Of a DNA stretch of 60,885 nucleotides, positions 15,110 through 23,911 are shown one piece after another. The DNA is from Acidimicrobiales bacterium. GTDB lineage: Bacteria > Actinomycetota > Acidimicrobiia > Acidimicrobiales > Palsa-688. The position numbers were made by a program, and so were the translations under genes. The first letter of the stretch is position 1. The number at the start of each line of letters is the position of its first letter. The stretch lies in the NCBI GenBank assembly GCA_019241495.1, contig JAFAWZ010000273.1, forward strand, positions 1-60,885. The letters run 5' to 3'. The notes beneath the pieces are model-generated. The model did not search any database, was not told the origin of the DNA, and saw only the letters and a program-made list of their open reading frames with translations.

Positions 15110-17856
15110 GGTTCCGGCTCTCGGTCCGGCTCGAGGTCGGTGCGACCGAGGAAGGCTTCTTGGACATCTGGGCGTTCGAGCACCGATGCCGTCGGGCCGT
15201 CGGCTATGACCCGGCCGAAGTCGAGCACCACGACCCGATCGCAGGCCCGGCGGATGACGTCCATGCTGTGCTCGATCAACACCACGGCGACACCCCAACG
15301 CTCGGAGATGACCTCGAGGGCGGCGACGAGGCGATCCCGCTCCACCTCGTTGAGGCCGGCAGCCGGCTCGTCCAGGCATATGAACCTCGGAGAGGTCGCC
15401 AGACAACGGAGAAGGGCGAGCAGCCTCCTCGACCCTTGCGGCAGGTCACCGACTTTGGCGTCAAGGTCGCTGTCTATACCGACCGTGCGTGCCACTTCGA
15501 CTATCCGAGCCGGGACCGTGGACCGGCTGGGGGCCACGAGATCCAAGAGGAGGCCCAGCTTGCGCCGGCTCTCGAGCGCTACCTGAATGTTCTCCCGGCC
15601 GGTCAGGTCTTCGAACAGCTCCAACCCCTGGAACGTCCGACCCAATCCGGCCCGGGACCTCTTGACGACCGAGCGGAGAGAACGGTCCTGGCCGAGGATC
15701 CACACGCGTCCCGAGTCCTGGCGGGTGAAACCGGCCATCACGTCGACGAGGGTGCTCTTGCCAGCTCCGTTGGCCCCCACCATCCCCACAACCTCACCGG
15801 CTCGAACGGTGAGGTCCACGTCACTCAAGACGTTGGAGGCTCCGAAGCGCTTGGAGATCCTCTCGAGCCGGAGGACTACCTCGGTGCGGTTGGGCGACAG
15901 CCGAGGCTCGCCCTGGCCGGGACCGGAGTGGTTGCCGGCTGGGGCGCCGGCCCGTATACCTGCCCCCGAACCGGTCCGCGAGCGAGCCGGCCATGGTAAG
16001 AACCTCTTCAGCTTCTCGTTGATCAGATCGGCGGTGAACTTGGCGATTCCATCGGGATAGGTCAAGAGAAGTTGGAGCATGAGCACTCCCCCGATGAGCG
16101 TCAGGTACGGAGACAGGCTCGGGACGTCATTCAAGAAGTAGCCGACTACTCCGCCCGCGGCGGCGATGCCGGCCTGGATGGCACCGGTCGCGAAGCCGAT
16201 TCCGCCGACAATGGCGTAGGCGAGAATGGTGAGCCCGACGAACAGGTCGAATCGCGAGAAGTCGGCGACTTTCGTGGTGAACAGCAGGAGGCATCCGGCC
16301 AGGGCCGCGTAGACGGAGGAGACCGTGAGCGCCATCACCTTGGTGCCGGGGACCGACACACCGAGGGCGGCCGCCCCCCGTTCGTTGGCGCGAACCGCCG
16401 CGTAACGGCGCCCGGACACCCCGCGGCGGACATTCAAAACGGTAACGAGGCACAGCGCAACCACCCCGATCATGACCGCCGCGTAGAACCTCGGTTTGGC
16501 GGCCAGGGACAGTTGAGCACCGAAGAGGTGTGGAGTCGGAAGGGTGATCCCGACATAACCACCGGTGAAGGTGTCCGAGGTCAGCACGGTGTACTGCACG
16601 GCCAGGGCCAATGCCAGGGTGGCCACGGCCAGGTTGACACCACGGACCCGGGCGGCGAGTGTTCCGACGGCGGTACCCAAGCCGATCGCGGCCGCGATAC
16701 CGCACAGCGTGGCCAGCCACCACGCCAGACCGACCGATGGCTTCGCCAGGTTGGCGGTGACGACGGCGGCGCATCCGGCGATGGCCATGGGTGCCAGGTT
16801 GAGCTGGCCCGCGTAGCCCGTCGCCACGATCACCGAGCAGCCGAGCAGGCACGTTCCGGCCGAGAACACGAGGCCGATGGCAAACCCGCTCGGCAGGACG
16901 ATGATGCAGACCGCGACAAGAGCCAACAGGGCCGTGGCGAACGGGATGTTGATCCGTCCCGGCGTCAAGGCCGGTAGACGCGCCTCGAGCGGTACCCCCC
17001 GTTCGGGGAGCGACCGACCCCGGATGATGAGCACCACGACAACGGCGGCCAGCGGGAGAGCCTGGACGGTCGTCGACGGAAGGCCGTATCCAGTGATCAG
17101 CGACTGCCCGATCCCGATGACGCTCGCGGTCAATACGGCGAGGGGAACCGACCGGAACTCGCCGGGGAGCCCAGCGGCCAGGGCCGGGATGACCAGTATG
17201 GTCAAAGCGGCAGGAGACACGCCGATTACCGGCGTGAGCAGTATTCCGGCGAGCGAGGCCAGCACCCCACCGAGGGCCCAGGTCAGGCAGCCGACGCGGA
17301 ACTCAGGGATGGCGATGACCGCGGCGGCCATCCGGTTGTCTTCGATGGCGCTGCACATGCGACCGAAACGGGTCCGGAAGAACACGAGGGTCATGGCCAC
17401 CGCCATCACGAGGGTCGCTCCGTAGATGATGATCGCCGCCTCGCTCACGAAGGTTCCCGATCCGAAATGGAACACCCGCCGGGGCAGGAACGCAGGAGCC
17501 AGCCTGAGATTGCTCCCGTAGATGATGGTCGCACTGCCGGTGAGGACCAGCGTGACCCCAAACGTGCCGATCAGGCGGTTCAGAGATGGCGAGGCCCGCA
17601 GCGGGTACATGACGCACACATACACGGCCAACCCGGTCAACCCACCCCCCACCAGCCCGGCCGGAATGGCCAGCCACAAGCTGTAGTGGCGGACGAGCAG
17701 CTCATAGAAGGCGTACGCCCCCACCATCCCTACGGCCCCGTGGGCGAAGTTCAACACCCGGGTACCTCGGTACACCGTCACTACCCCCAAGGCCGACAAC
17801 CCATAGGCCCCGGCACCGGATAGCCCCAAAAGGACGTACTGGAGAAACGTCAGCAT
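15082..17856 (-). CDS. Triple fusion LivH-LivM-LivG: two HAAT-family permease domains plus an ABC ATPase in one 924-aa polypeptide
   Basis: The N-terminal third is LivH-like (VLNFAHGAVGMVGAY). The middle is LivM-like (ATGYAGQLNLAPMAIAG). The C-terminal ~280 aa is LivG-like (GANGAGKSTLVDVMAGF, CLDEPAAGLN). Confidence 0.85.
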   Translation of the reverse strand: MLTFLQYVLLGLSGAGAYGLSALGVVTVYRGTRVLNFAHGAVGMVGAYAFYELLVRHYSLWLAIPAGLVGGGLTGLAVYVCVMYPLRASPSLNRLIGTFGVTLVLTGSATIIYGSNLRLAPAFLPRRVFHFGSGTFVSEAAIIIYGATLVMAVAMTLVFFRTRFGRMCSAIEDNRMAAAVIAIPEFRVGCLTWALGGVLASLAGILLTPVIGVSPAALTILVIPALAAGLPGEFRSVPLAVLTASVIGIGQSLITGYGLPSTTVQALPLAAVVVVLIIRGRSLPERGVPLEARLPALTPGRINIPFATALLALVAVCIIVLPSGFAIGLVFSAGTCLLGCSVIVATGYAGQLNLAPMAIAGCAAVVTANLAKPSVGLAWWLATLCGIAAAIGLGTAVGTLAARVRGVNLAVATLALALAVQYTVLTSDTFTGGYVGITLPTPHLFGAQLSLAAKPRFYAAVMIGVVALCLVTVLNVRRGVSGRRYAAVRANERGAAALGVSVPGTKVMALTVSSVYAALAGCLLLFTTKVADFSRFDLFVGLTILAYAIVGGIGFATGAIQAGIAAAGGVVGYFLNDVPSLSPYLTLIGGVLMLQLLLTYPDGIAKFTADLINEKLKRFLPWPARSRTGSGAGIRAGAPAGNHSGPGQGEPRLSPNRTEVVLRLERISKRFGASNVLSDVDLTVRAGEVVGMVGANGAGKSTLVDVMAGFTRQDSGRVWILGQDRSLRSVVKRSRAGLGRTFQGLELFEDLTGRENIQVALESRRKLGLLLDLVAPSRSTVPARIVEVARTVGIDSDLDAKVGDLPQGSRRLLALLRCLATSPRFICLDEPAAGLNEVERDRLVAALEVISERWGVAVVLIEHSMDVIRRACDRVVVLDFGRVIADGPTASVLERPDVQEAFLGRTDLEPDREPEPVDEPGARR

Positions 17857-17899
17857 CCTTGCCCTCTGTCCAAAGAACTCGGGATCGGCCCGCTGGCGA

Positions 17900-19111
17900 T
17901 CAGGGGCTTACATCGATAGCGGTAGCCGACGTCTGGTGGATCTCGCCCTGAGAGACCTGTCCTGAGTAGATATGCGTGTTGACCAGGCGGGGGAAGGTGC
18001 TGGACGGGCCCGCCGCAGCCAGATTGAGCGTCGGAGTCAGGCCGGTCTCGAGGGCGGACTGCTGACGCAACGCGGCGGTCACTGTCTGGGGCGTGATCGA
18101 CGACAACGGTTGCATCAGCTTGGCGAGCACCTTCACACCCAGCCAGGCATTGACCGTGCTGAGCGAATTGGTGTCGGTGAGGCCCAGACCCGGACCGTAC
18201 TTGGAGGCATCGGAGAGGAACTCCTGTCGGGTTGCACCCGAGAAACTGAGCCCGAGCGTGGCGTTGATCGGCTGGTGCACCGACTTCGATGCCGTCAGAG
18301 CGGCGGCGGACAGCTCCCCGCTGAAGAGATCTATGGGGACGTTCGGACCCTCTGAGCTCATGGCGGACAGAAATTGGGTCAGGCCGGCCGTCGCAGAGTC
18401 CGACACCGCGTCGACATGGTCGTTGTTGATCTGGGCGATGATGGGGTCGTAACTGACCGTGGTGCTCGCAACCTGGATGCCGATCGGGTTCAGCCCCAGC
18501 TTCTTCGCCCCGGCCTGGAAGAACGTCCAGGCGATGGCGCCGGCCGGGTCGTAGATCAGAGCGACGTTCTTGGCCCCCTTCGGGGCGATGGCCGGCAGGC
18601 CGGCGAGCTCGAGGGCGCCGGGAACCAGGGGGAAGGAGAGCGGGTCGGAGAAATCGGGTGCAGACGACGGGTAGTTGGCAAAGTCCGCCACTCCAGCCTG
18701 GGTCAGGAACGGATACATGGAGGCACCTTGAGCAGAGACGGAACCGACGAGCGCGGTCACATGATCCTGGCTTACCAGCTTCTGAGCACACGTCGTCGCG
18801 ACCGAAGGAGCCGCCTGGTCATCGCAGAAGTCGATCTCAACGGGCCTCCCATTTACCCCTCCGGCCGCGTTCACTGCCTTGGCGGCGACCTTTGCGGCGA
18901 TGGGGATCTGCGGGAAGGAGAACGCCTGAGACTGGACAGTGGTGACCAGTCCGAGGACGATGGGCGGCCCTGAAGGCGCTGCGGCTGTACTCGATGATCC
19001 CTGCGAGCTCGTTGTCGGGGAAGACGACTTGCTGCTCGAAGAGCAGGCCGCCGCGATGATCGACACGACCAAGAACGGGGCGATGATCGCCGATCTCCGG
19101 TGCAGGCTCAT
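17900..19111 (-). CDS. ABC transporter substrate-binding lipoprotein (LivJ/Peripla_BP_6-like)
   Basis: ATG at 19111 behind GGAGGGG. Lipobox IAAACSSSS. A type-I periplasmic binding-protein-like body. Confidence 0.8.
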   Translation of the reverse strand: MSLHRRSAIIAPFLVVSIIAAACSSSSKSSSPTTSSQGSSSTAAAPSGPPIVLGLVTTVQSQAFSFPQIPIAAKVAAKAVNAAGGVNGRPVEIDFCDDQAAPSVATTCAQKLVSQDHVTALVGSVSAQGASMYPFLTQAGVADFANYPSSAPDFSDPLSFPLVPGALELAGLPAIAPKGAKNVALIYDPAGAIAWTFFQAGAKKLGLNPIGIQVASTTVSYDPIIAQINNDHVDAVSDSATAGLTQFLSAMSSEGPNVPIDLFSGELSAAALTASKSVHQPINATLGLSFSGATRQEFLSDASKYGPGLGLTDTNSLSTVNAWLGVKVLAKLMQPLSSITPQTVTAALRQQSALETGLTPTLNLAAAGPSSTFPRLVNTHIYSGQVSQGEIHQTSATAIDVSP

Positions 19112-19170
19112 TTGAAATTCCCCTCCTGATGTCTGTTTGGCATATCCGTGGGTTGGTATATCCGTGGGCT

Positions 19171-21015
19171 CTAAGCAGTAGAGCCCGAGTTTCGTGACCA
19201 TCTGTGGCGCAACTCGGGATCGATCGATTGGTAGGCCCCGTCCCCCCGATCGATAGGTCGGACCGGCTTCTGCTCCAGTCCACGCCGGCGCTCCTCTGTC
19301 GCACTCGCGTCCAGGATGCCAGAACTGTCGATGACGACGCCATAGCACTCGGCCGCGTGGGCCGCCGTGATGTACCCGAGCTGGACCTCTCGCTGCACCG
19401 TCTCCATCGGGCGGGCCCAGGCGGGACCGTACCCGCCACCTCCCGCTGTCTCGATGGTGACGATGGTGCCGGCCGGAGTCGGGATCATGGTGTCGGCCCA
19501 GCGTGTCTCGAACGGCTCTCGCCCGGGTCGTGCGATCGTCACCCGGCCTCGCCGGCCTGCCCCGCCTCCGAGGATTCCGTGGGCCGGGGTCCGGGTCCGG
19601 CCCTCCATGACAGAGATCTCCACGTCATCGAGGATCTCGTAGGTCCGGCGCACCCCGAAACCTCCCCGGTTACGGCCTGGGCCGCCCGAGTCCGGGATGA
19701 TCTCGGTCGAAAGGATGCGGACCGGACCCCACGACTCCATGTTCTCCGCCTGTTGCATTGGGGTGTTGCCGATGTGGCTGGCCGAACCCGACGCGCCGTC
19801 GCCTGCTGCGCTGGCGCCGTAACCACCGCGGTGCACCTCGATGCCCACAAGGACTCCTGCGCCTCGCCGGTCACTCCCCGGTTGGTCGTCGAGGCTGGTG
19901 CCGTGGATGTGCAGCGTCGAAGACGACGAGCAGCCAGCGAGGGCCCGGTCGGGAACCGCCTGGGCCAGGCAAGCCACGACCACGTCGGCGAAACGGGAAG
20001 CTATCTCGGCGATTCCCGCGTTGCCGCCGCAAGGCAGCGGGGGGATGGGATTGATGCAGACACCGGCGGGAACATCGATCGTCATAACCCGTTCGACCCC
20101 GCCGTTGAACGGGATGTCGGTCCCGACGATGCCGCGGATGGCGTAGAGGAGCATGGCGTAGGCGCTGGCCCACGAGCTGTTGAGGCCAGCCTTGACCGCC
20201 TGATCGCACCCGGAGAGGTCAACCTGCAGCGATTCGCCCTGCACGGCCACGGCCGCGGCGATTCGAAGCGGTGTATCGCGCACCCCGTCTATCTCGATCC
20301 AATCTTCGGCTTCGTAGGTGCCGTCGGGGATCTCAGCTATGCCGCGCCGCATCCGCCGCTCGGTGTAGTCGATGGCCATACCGAGGCACTCTTCGTACAT
20401 CGCCCTCCCGTAGCGCGTGCAGAGCTTCTCGACCTGGCGCCGACCGGCGAGACAGGCCCGATAGAGGGTGGCGAGGTCCCAGTCCCGCTGTCGGGGATTG
20501 CGCATGTTGAGCTTGATGAGCTCCCAGAGGTCCTGCTGGAACTCCCCTCGGCGGTATATCCGTACCGGCGGGATCCGGCACCCCTCCGCGTAGATCTCCC
20601 TGACTGTGTATACCTCTACGCCCATGGGGAAGGCCCCGCCCACATCGGACCAGTGGGCCCGGGCCCCTATGAAGCTGACCCTCTCCCCCTCGAAGTAGAC
20701 GGGCATGGCGAGCAGGACGTCATTGAGGTGGTTGGACCCGGCCGCGTAAGGATCGTTGCTCATGATCACATCCCCGGGCTCCATGGCTTCGGGGGGGATC
20801 GACTGGAACGTCGCCTTCAGGGACACAGGCAGGGCGCCCAGCTGCACGGGGATGATCGACTCACCCTGGGAGACCAGGGTGCCGCTCGCGTCACATACGC
20901 CCGCGGCCAGATCCACCGCTCCGCCACCGGAGCGCTTCACTGCTGACTCGACCTCGGCGGCGAGGGACATCAGCCCGTTGCGCACCACTTCGAAGGTGAT
21001 CGGATCGACGGCCAC
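19171..21015 (-). CDS. hydantoinase B/oxoprolinase family protein (HyuB-like; family also includes acetone and acetophenone carboxylase subunits)
   Basis: N-terminus DPITFEVVRNGL and a Hydantoinase_B-like body. Confidence 0.85.
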   Translation of the reverse strand: MAVDPITFEVVRNGLMSLAAEVESAVKRSGGGAVDLAAGVCDASGTLVSQGESIIPVQLGALPVSLKATFQSIPPEAMEPGDVIMSNDPYAAGSNHLNDVLLAMPVYFEGERVSFIGARAHWSDVGGAFPMGVEVYTVREIYAEGCRIPPVRIYRRGEFQQDLWELIKLNMRNPRQRDWDLATLYRACLAGRRQVEKLCTRYGRAMYEECLGMAIDYTERRMRRGIAEIPDGTYEAEDWIEIDGVRDTPLRIAAAVAVQGESLQVDLSGCDQAVKAGLNSSWASAYAMLLYAIRGIVGTDIPFNGGVERVMTIDVPAGVCINPIPPLPCGGNAGIAEIASRFADVVVACLAQAVPDRALAGCSSSSTLHIHGTSLDDQPGSDRRGAGVLVGIEVHRGGYGASAAGDGASGSASHIGNTPMQQAENMESWGPVRILSTEIIPDSGGPGRNRGGFGVRRTYEILDDVEISVMEGRTRTPAHGILGGGAGRRGRVTIARPGREPFETRWADTMIPTPAGTIVTIETAGGGGYGPAWARPMETVQREVQLGYITAAHAAECYGVVIDSSGILDASATEERRRGLEQKPVRPIDRGDGAYQSIDPELRHRWSRNSGSTA

Positions 21016-21018
21016 GGC

Positions 21019-23064
21019 TTATGACCTCGTCTCTGTAACCAGGATCGTCCCTCCATCGAGGACGGTCAACTGCTGACCGGGGAGGATCAAGGTCGTCGAG
21101 TCAGGTTCAGGGATGAGGCACGGACCTGCCATCTGGTCTCCTTCCTTCAGCCCGGCTCTTCGAATCACCGCCGTCTCGATCCACTCGTTCGATTCAGGGA
21201 AGAAGACGTCCTGGGATCTGGTGCGGTCGACGTCGTCTCCTTCCGGAGGGTGAAGCGATGCGGGATCGAAACGGCTGCCGGAGCGCCCCACCACCTCGGC
21301 CCGAGCAACCGAGACCTGACTCGGATCCCCCGCGATGCCGAACACTCCCTCGTGCTCCTCGCCGAAGCGTTTGAGGAGCGGAGCGATCCAACCACCCTCG
21401 GGTGATCCAGGGAGCGCCAGGGTCAGAGCGTTGGCCTGGGTCGTGTACCGGAGGTCGAGAGAGTATTCGAGCCGGACGTCGTCGGGCGCTATCCCTTCTG
21501 CCTGGAAGGTCACCAGGACCCTCTTGGCCAGAATGGAAAACGTCTCCTCGATCTCCGGTCCCGTCGAGTCGTTGAACGAGACCCGCAACGGCGCACTCGC
21601 GTCGTGACGGGTATCGGTCACCGCCACTCCGAAGGCCGACATGGCGCCTGGGTGGGGAGGTACCAAGATGCGATCGATATCGAGCTCCCGGGCAATACGA
21701 CCGACGTGAAGCGGACCGGCCCCGCCACCGACGACCAGCGCAAAGTCACGCGGGTCGAGTCCCCGGCCGGTGCTCTTGACCCGGATGGCGTTTGCCATCG
21801 CCGCATCGACGATACGCAATATCCCCGCCGCTGCCTCCACGAGGGTCACCCCGAGAGGCTGAGCGACATGGTCATACACGGCCCGCTCGGCCGCGGCCCG
21901 GTCGAGCGGCATTGCTCCGGCCATCAACGCGTCGCCTGGGAAGTGGCCCAAAACGAGGTCGGCATCGGTGATGGTAGGGCGAGTGCCGCCTCGGCCGTAG
22001 CACGCCGGGCCGGGCCATGATCGGGCGCTTTCGGGTCCGATGCGGACCGTGTTGCCGCTGTCCACCCAGGCGATCGACCCTCCACCCGCTCCGATGCTGT
22101 GGGTGTCGACCAAAGCAGTGCGCACCGGATAGCAGTCGAACGCGGTGAACCGCAGCGTCTGTTCGGTGCCCTGGGAGATCACGCTCAAATCGAAGCTGGT
22201 GCCGCCCATGTCGCACATGATGGCGTTGGGTTCCCTACAGCGTTCCGCGATGACCTTGGCCGCCACCACCGCGGCAGCCGGTCCCGACGAGATGAGCGAC
22301 ACAGGAAGTGACTGGACCGTGTCCGTCGCGGCCAGGCCCCCGTTCGACTGCATCACCCGGAGGTTGGGCAGGCCGATCTCTGCCACAGAGCGGCTCAGCC
22401 GGTCCAGGTAGCGGTGCACCACCGGCCCGATGTAGGCGTTCGCCACGGTTGTGCTCATGCGTTCGAACTCACCGGGATGCGGGTCGACCTCGCTCGACAT
22501 GTACACGAACACCTCGGGCAGGGCCCGTCTCAGGGACTCCACGACGCGCCGCTCGTGAACCGGGTCGAGGTAGGAGTACACCAGCGCCACGGCGGCGGCT
22601 TCGACGCCCGCGGCGCGCACTGCGGAGAGCACCCGTTCCACATCGGCTTCGGTGAGGGCGGAGATCACCGAGCCAGAACGGTCGATGCGTTCTGCCACTT
22701 CGAAGCAACGGTCCCTCGGGACCAAGGGGACCGGCGCGGAGAAGTGAAAATCGTACGCGCTCGGCTTGTCCCCCCTCCTCAGCTCGAGCACGTCGCCCAT
22801 GCCTTGCGTGGTGACGAGGGCGGTACGAGCCCCGCGCCTTTCGATCAGGGCGTTGGTCGCCAGCGTCGTCCCGTGCGCCAACCGGCCCACGTCCGGTGCG
22901 GCCAACGCCAACTGGTCGAGCGCCAGCCTGAGGCCTTCGACGATCCCGACATCGGGGTCGGGCAACGACGTCGGGACCTTGCCCACCCAGTAGCGGCCGG
23001 TGACGTCGTCGATCACGGCTATGTCGGTAAATGTGCCTCCGACATCGACCCCGACGCGCCACAT
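21019..23064 (-). CDS. hydantoinase A/oxoprolinase family protein (HyuA-like, ATP-binding)
   Basis: MWRVGVDVGGTFTDIAVID N-terminus and the second phosphate motif CDMGGTSFDLSV. Confidence 0.85.
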   Translation of the reverse strand: MWRVGVDVGGTFTDIAVIDDVTGRYWVGKVPTSLPDPDVGIVEGLRLALDQLALAAPDVGRLAHGTTLATNALIERRGARTALVTTQGMGDVLELRRGDKPSAYDFHFSAPVPLVPRDRCFEVAERIDRSGSVISALTEADVERVLSAVRAAGVEAAAVALVYSYLDPVHERRVVESLRRALPEVFVYMSSEVDPHPGEFERMSTTVANAYIGPVVHRYLDRLSRSVAEIGLPNLRVMQSNGGLAATDTVQSLPVSLISSGPAAAVVAAKVIAERCREPNAIMCDMGGTSFDLSVISQGTEQTLRFTAFDCYPVRTALVDTHSIGAGGGSIAWVDSGNTVRIGPESARSWPGPACYGRGGTRPTITDADLVLGHFPGDALMAGAMPLDRAAAERAVYDHVAQPLGVTLVEAAAGILRIVDAAMANAIRVKSTGRGLDPRDFALVVGGGAGPLHVGRIARELDIDRILVPPHPGAMSAFGVAVTDTRHDASAPLRVSFNDSTGPEIEETFSILAKRVLVTFQAEGIAPDDVRLEYSLDLRYTTQANALTLALPGSPEGGWIAPLLKRFGEEHEGVFGIAGDPSQVSVARAEVVGRSGSRFDPASLHPPEGDDVDRTRSQDVFFPESNEWIETAVIRRAGLKEGDQMAGPCLIPEPDSTTLILPGQQLTVLDGGTILVTETRS

Positions 23065-23181
23065 TCGGCCCTACCCCCTGTCCTTACCAGCTCTGCACTG
23101 GTCAATCCCATCTTGGCCAACTCCGTCCCGGCCAAGCCTGTCTTGGCCGGCTCCTCCCCTAAAGAACACTGTGTCAACGTT

Positions 23182-23201
23182 AATGGAAGGCCTATTCCAT
23201 T
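23182..23201. promoter_or_regulatory. Palindrome AATGGAA-N6-TTCCATT upstream of hyuA (overlaps the TetR stop); candidate TetR operator
   Basis: Read directly. It shares its TGGAA-N6-TTCCA core with the palindrome at 26184-26205. Confidence 0.4.
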
Positions 23202-23911
23202 GCAAACGACTCATCTCCGACGAACGGTTCGCTGTTGGTCGCCGGCTGGGCTCGAAGACCGTCGAGGAGGAGCTCGAGCAGGCGGCGCCATGCTTCAGGC
23301 GGTGCCTCGGCCAGCTTCGGGTGCGGCCGCAGCGAGCCGAGGGCGTTGTAGATCAGCCGGATGTCCCGGTAGGTCGCGTCCGGTCTCATGGTCCCTTCGC
23401 GTTGGGCCGCGATCATCAACTGGTGGGAGATCGAGCGATGAACCGACTGGCGGCGATCGAGCTCTGGGCTGGACACGGTGGTCTCCCGCAAGGCCAGGTC
23501 GAGCACCGGGTCCTCTTGTTGGTGCGTCGCCACTTGCCAAAGCGCGTAACAGAAGCCTTCCCATGCTCCGTTCATGGCGGCCGCTTCTTGCAGGTACGTC
23601 TCGTATTCCGACAACCTCAGCGCGGCCAGGTGGGAGATCAGGTCCTTCTTGGAGTCGAAGGTCCGGTAGAAGCTGGACATCCCGAGTCCGGCCGTCTGGG
23701 TGATCTCAGCCACCGAAGCGTCCAACCCATGGGTGTGGAAGACCTGGAGGGCAGCCGCGGTCAACCGCTCGGCTCGATGCCGTTTCGCCTCTTCGCGGGC
23801 CTCGGCCGATCGGCCGGCCCGACGGGCCACGGGACGCGCCGCGGAGCTCCGGTCGACCACGCCAGCTGCCCCGCCGTTGGATGGCCGCCTGCCCTTCGGC
23901 ACTTCAGGCAT
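23192..23911 (-). CDS. TetR/AcrR family transcriptional regulator
   Basis: HTH region AALQVFHTHGLDASVAEITQTAGLGMSSFYRTFDSKKDL. Overlaps the CoA-transferase 3' end by 8 nt. Confidence 0.85.
   Translation of the reverse strand: MPEVPKGRRPSNGGAAGVVDRSSAARPVARRAGRSAEAREEAKRHRAERLTAAALQVFHTHGLDASVAEITQTAGLGMSSFYRTFDSKKDLISHLAALRLSEYETYLQEAAAMNGAWEGFCYALWQVATHQQEDPVLDLALRETTVSSPELDRRQSVHRSISHQLMIAAQREGTMRPDATYRDIRLIYNALGSLRPHPKLAEAPPEAWRRLLELLLDGLRAQPATNSEPFVGDESFAME

Noticed and set aside
19204-20946. 580-aa plus-strand ORF. Similar long ORFs occur at 54281-56221, 27339-28703, 22414-23703, 36063-37250 and 31935-33497.
   Set aside because: All are antisense to genes with clear family signatures (HyuB, kinase/ABC ATPase, thiolase-like, HyuA, KatG, NirB). 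They have Arg/Gly/Pro-rich low-complexity translations typical of shadow ORFs in high-GC DNA.
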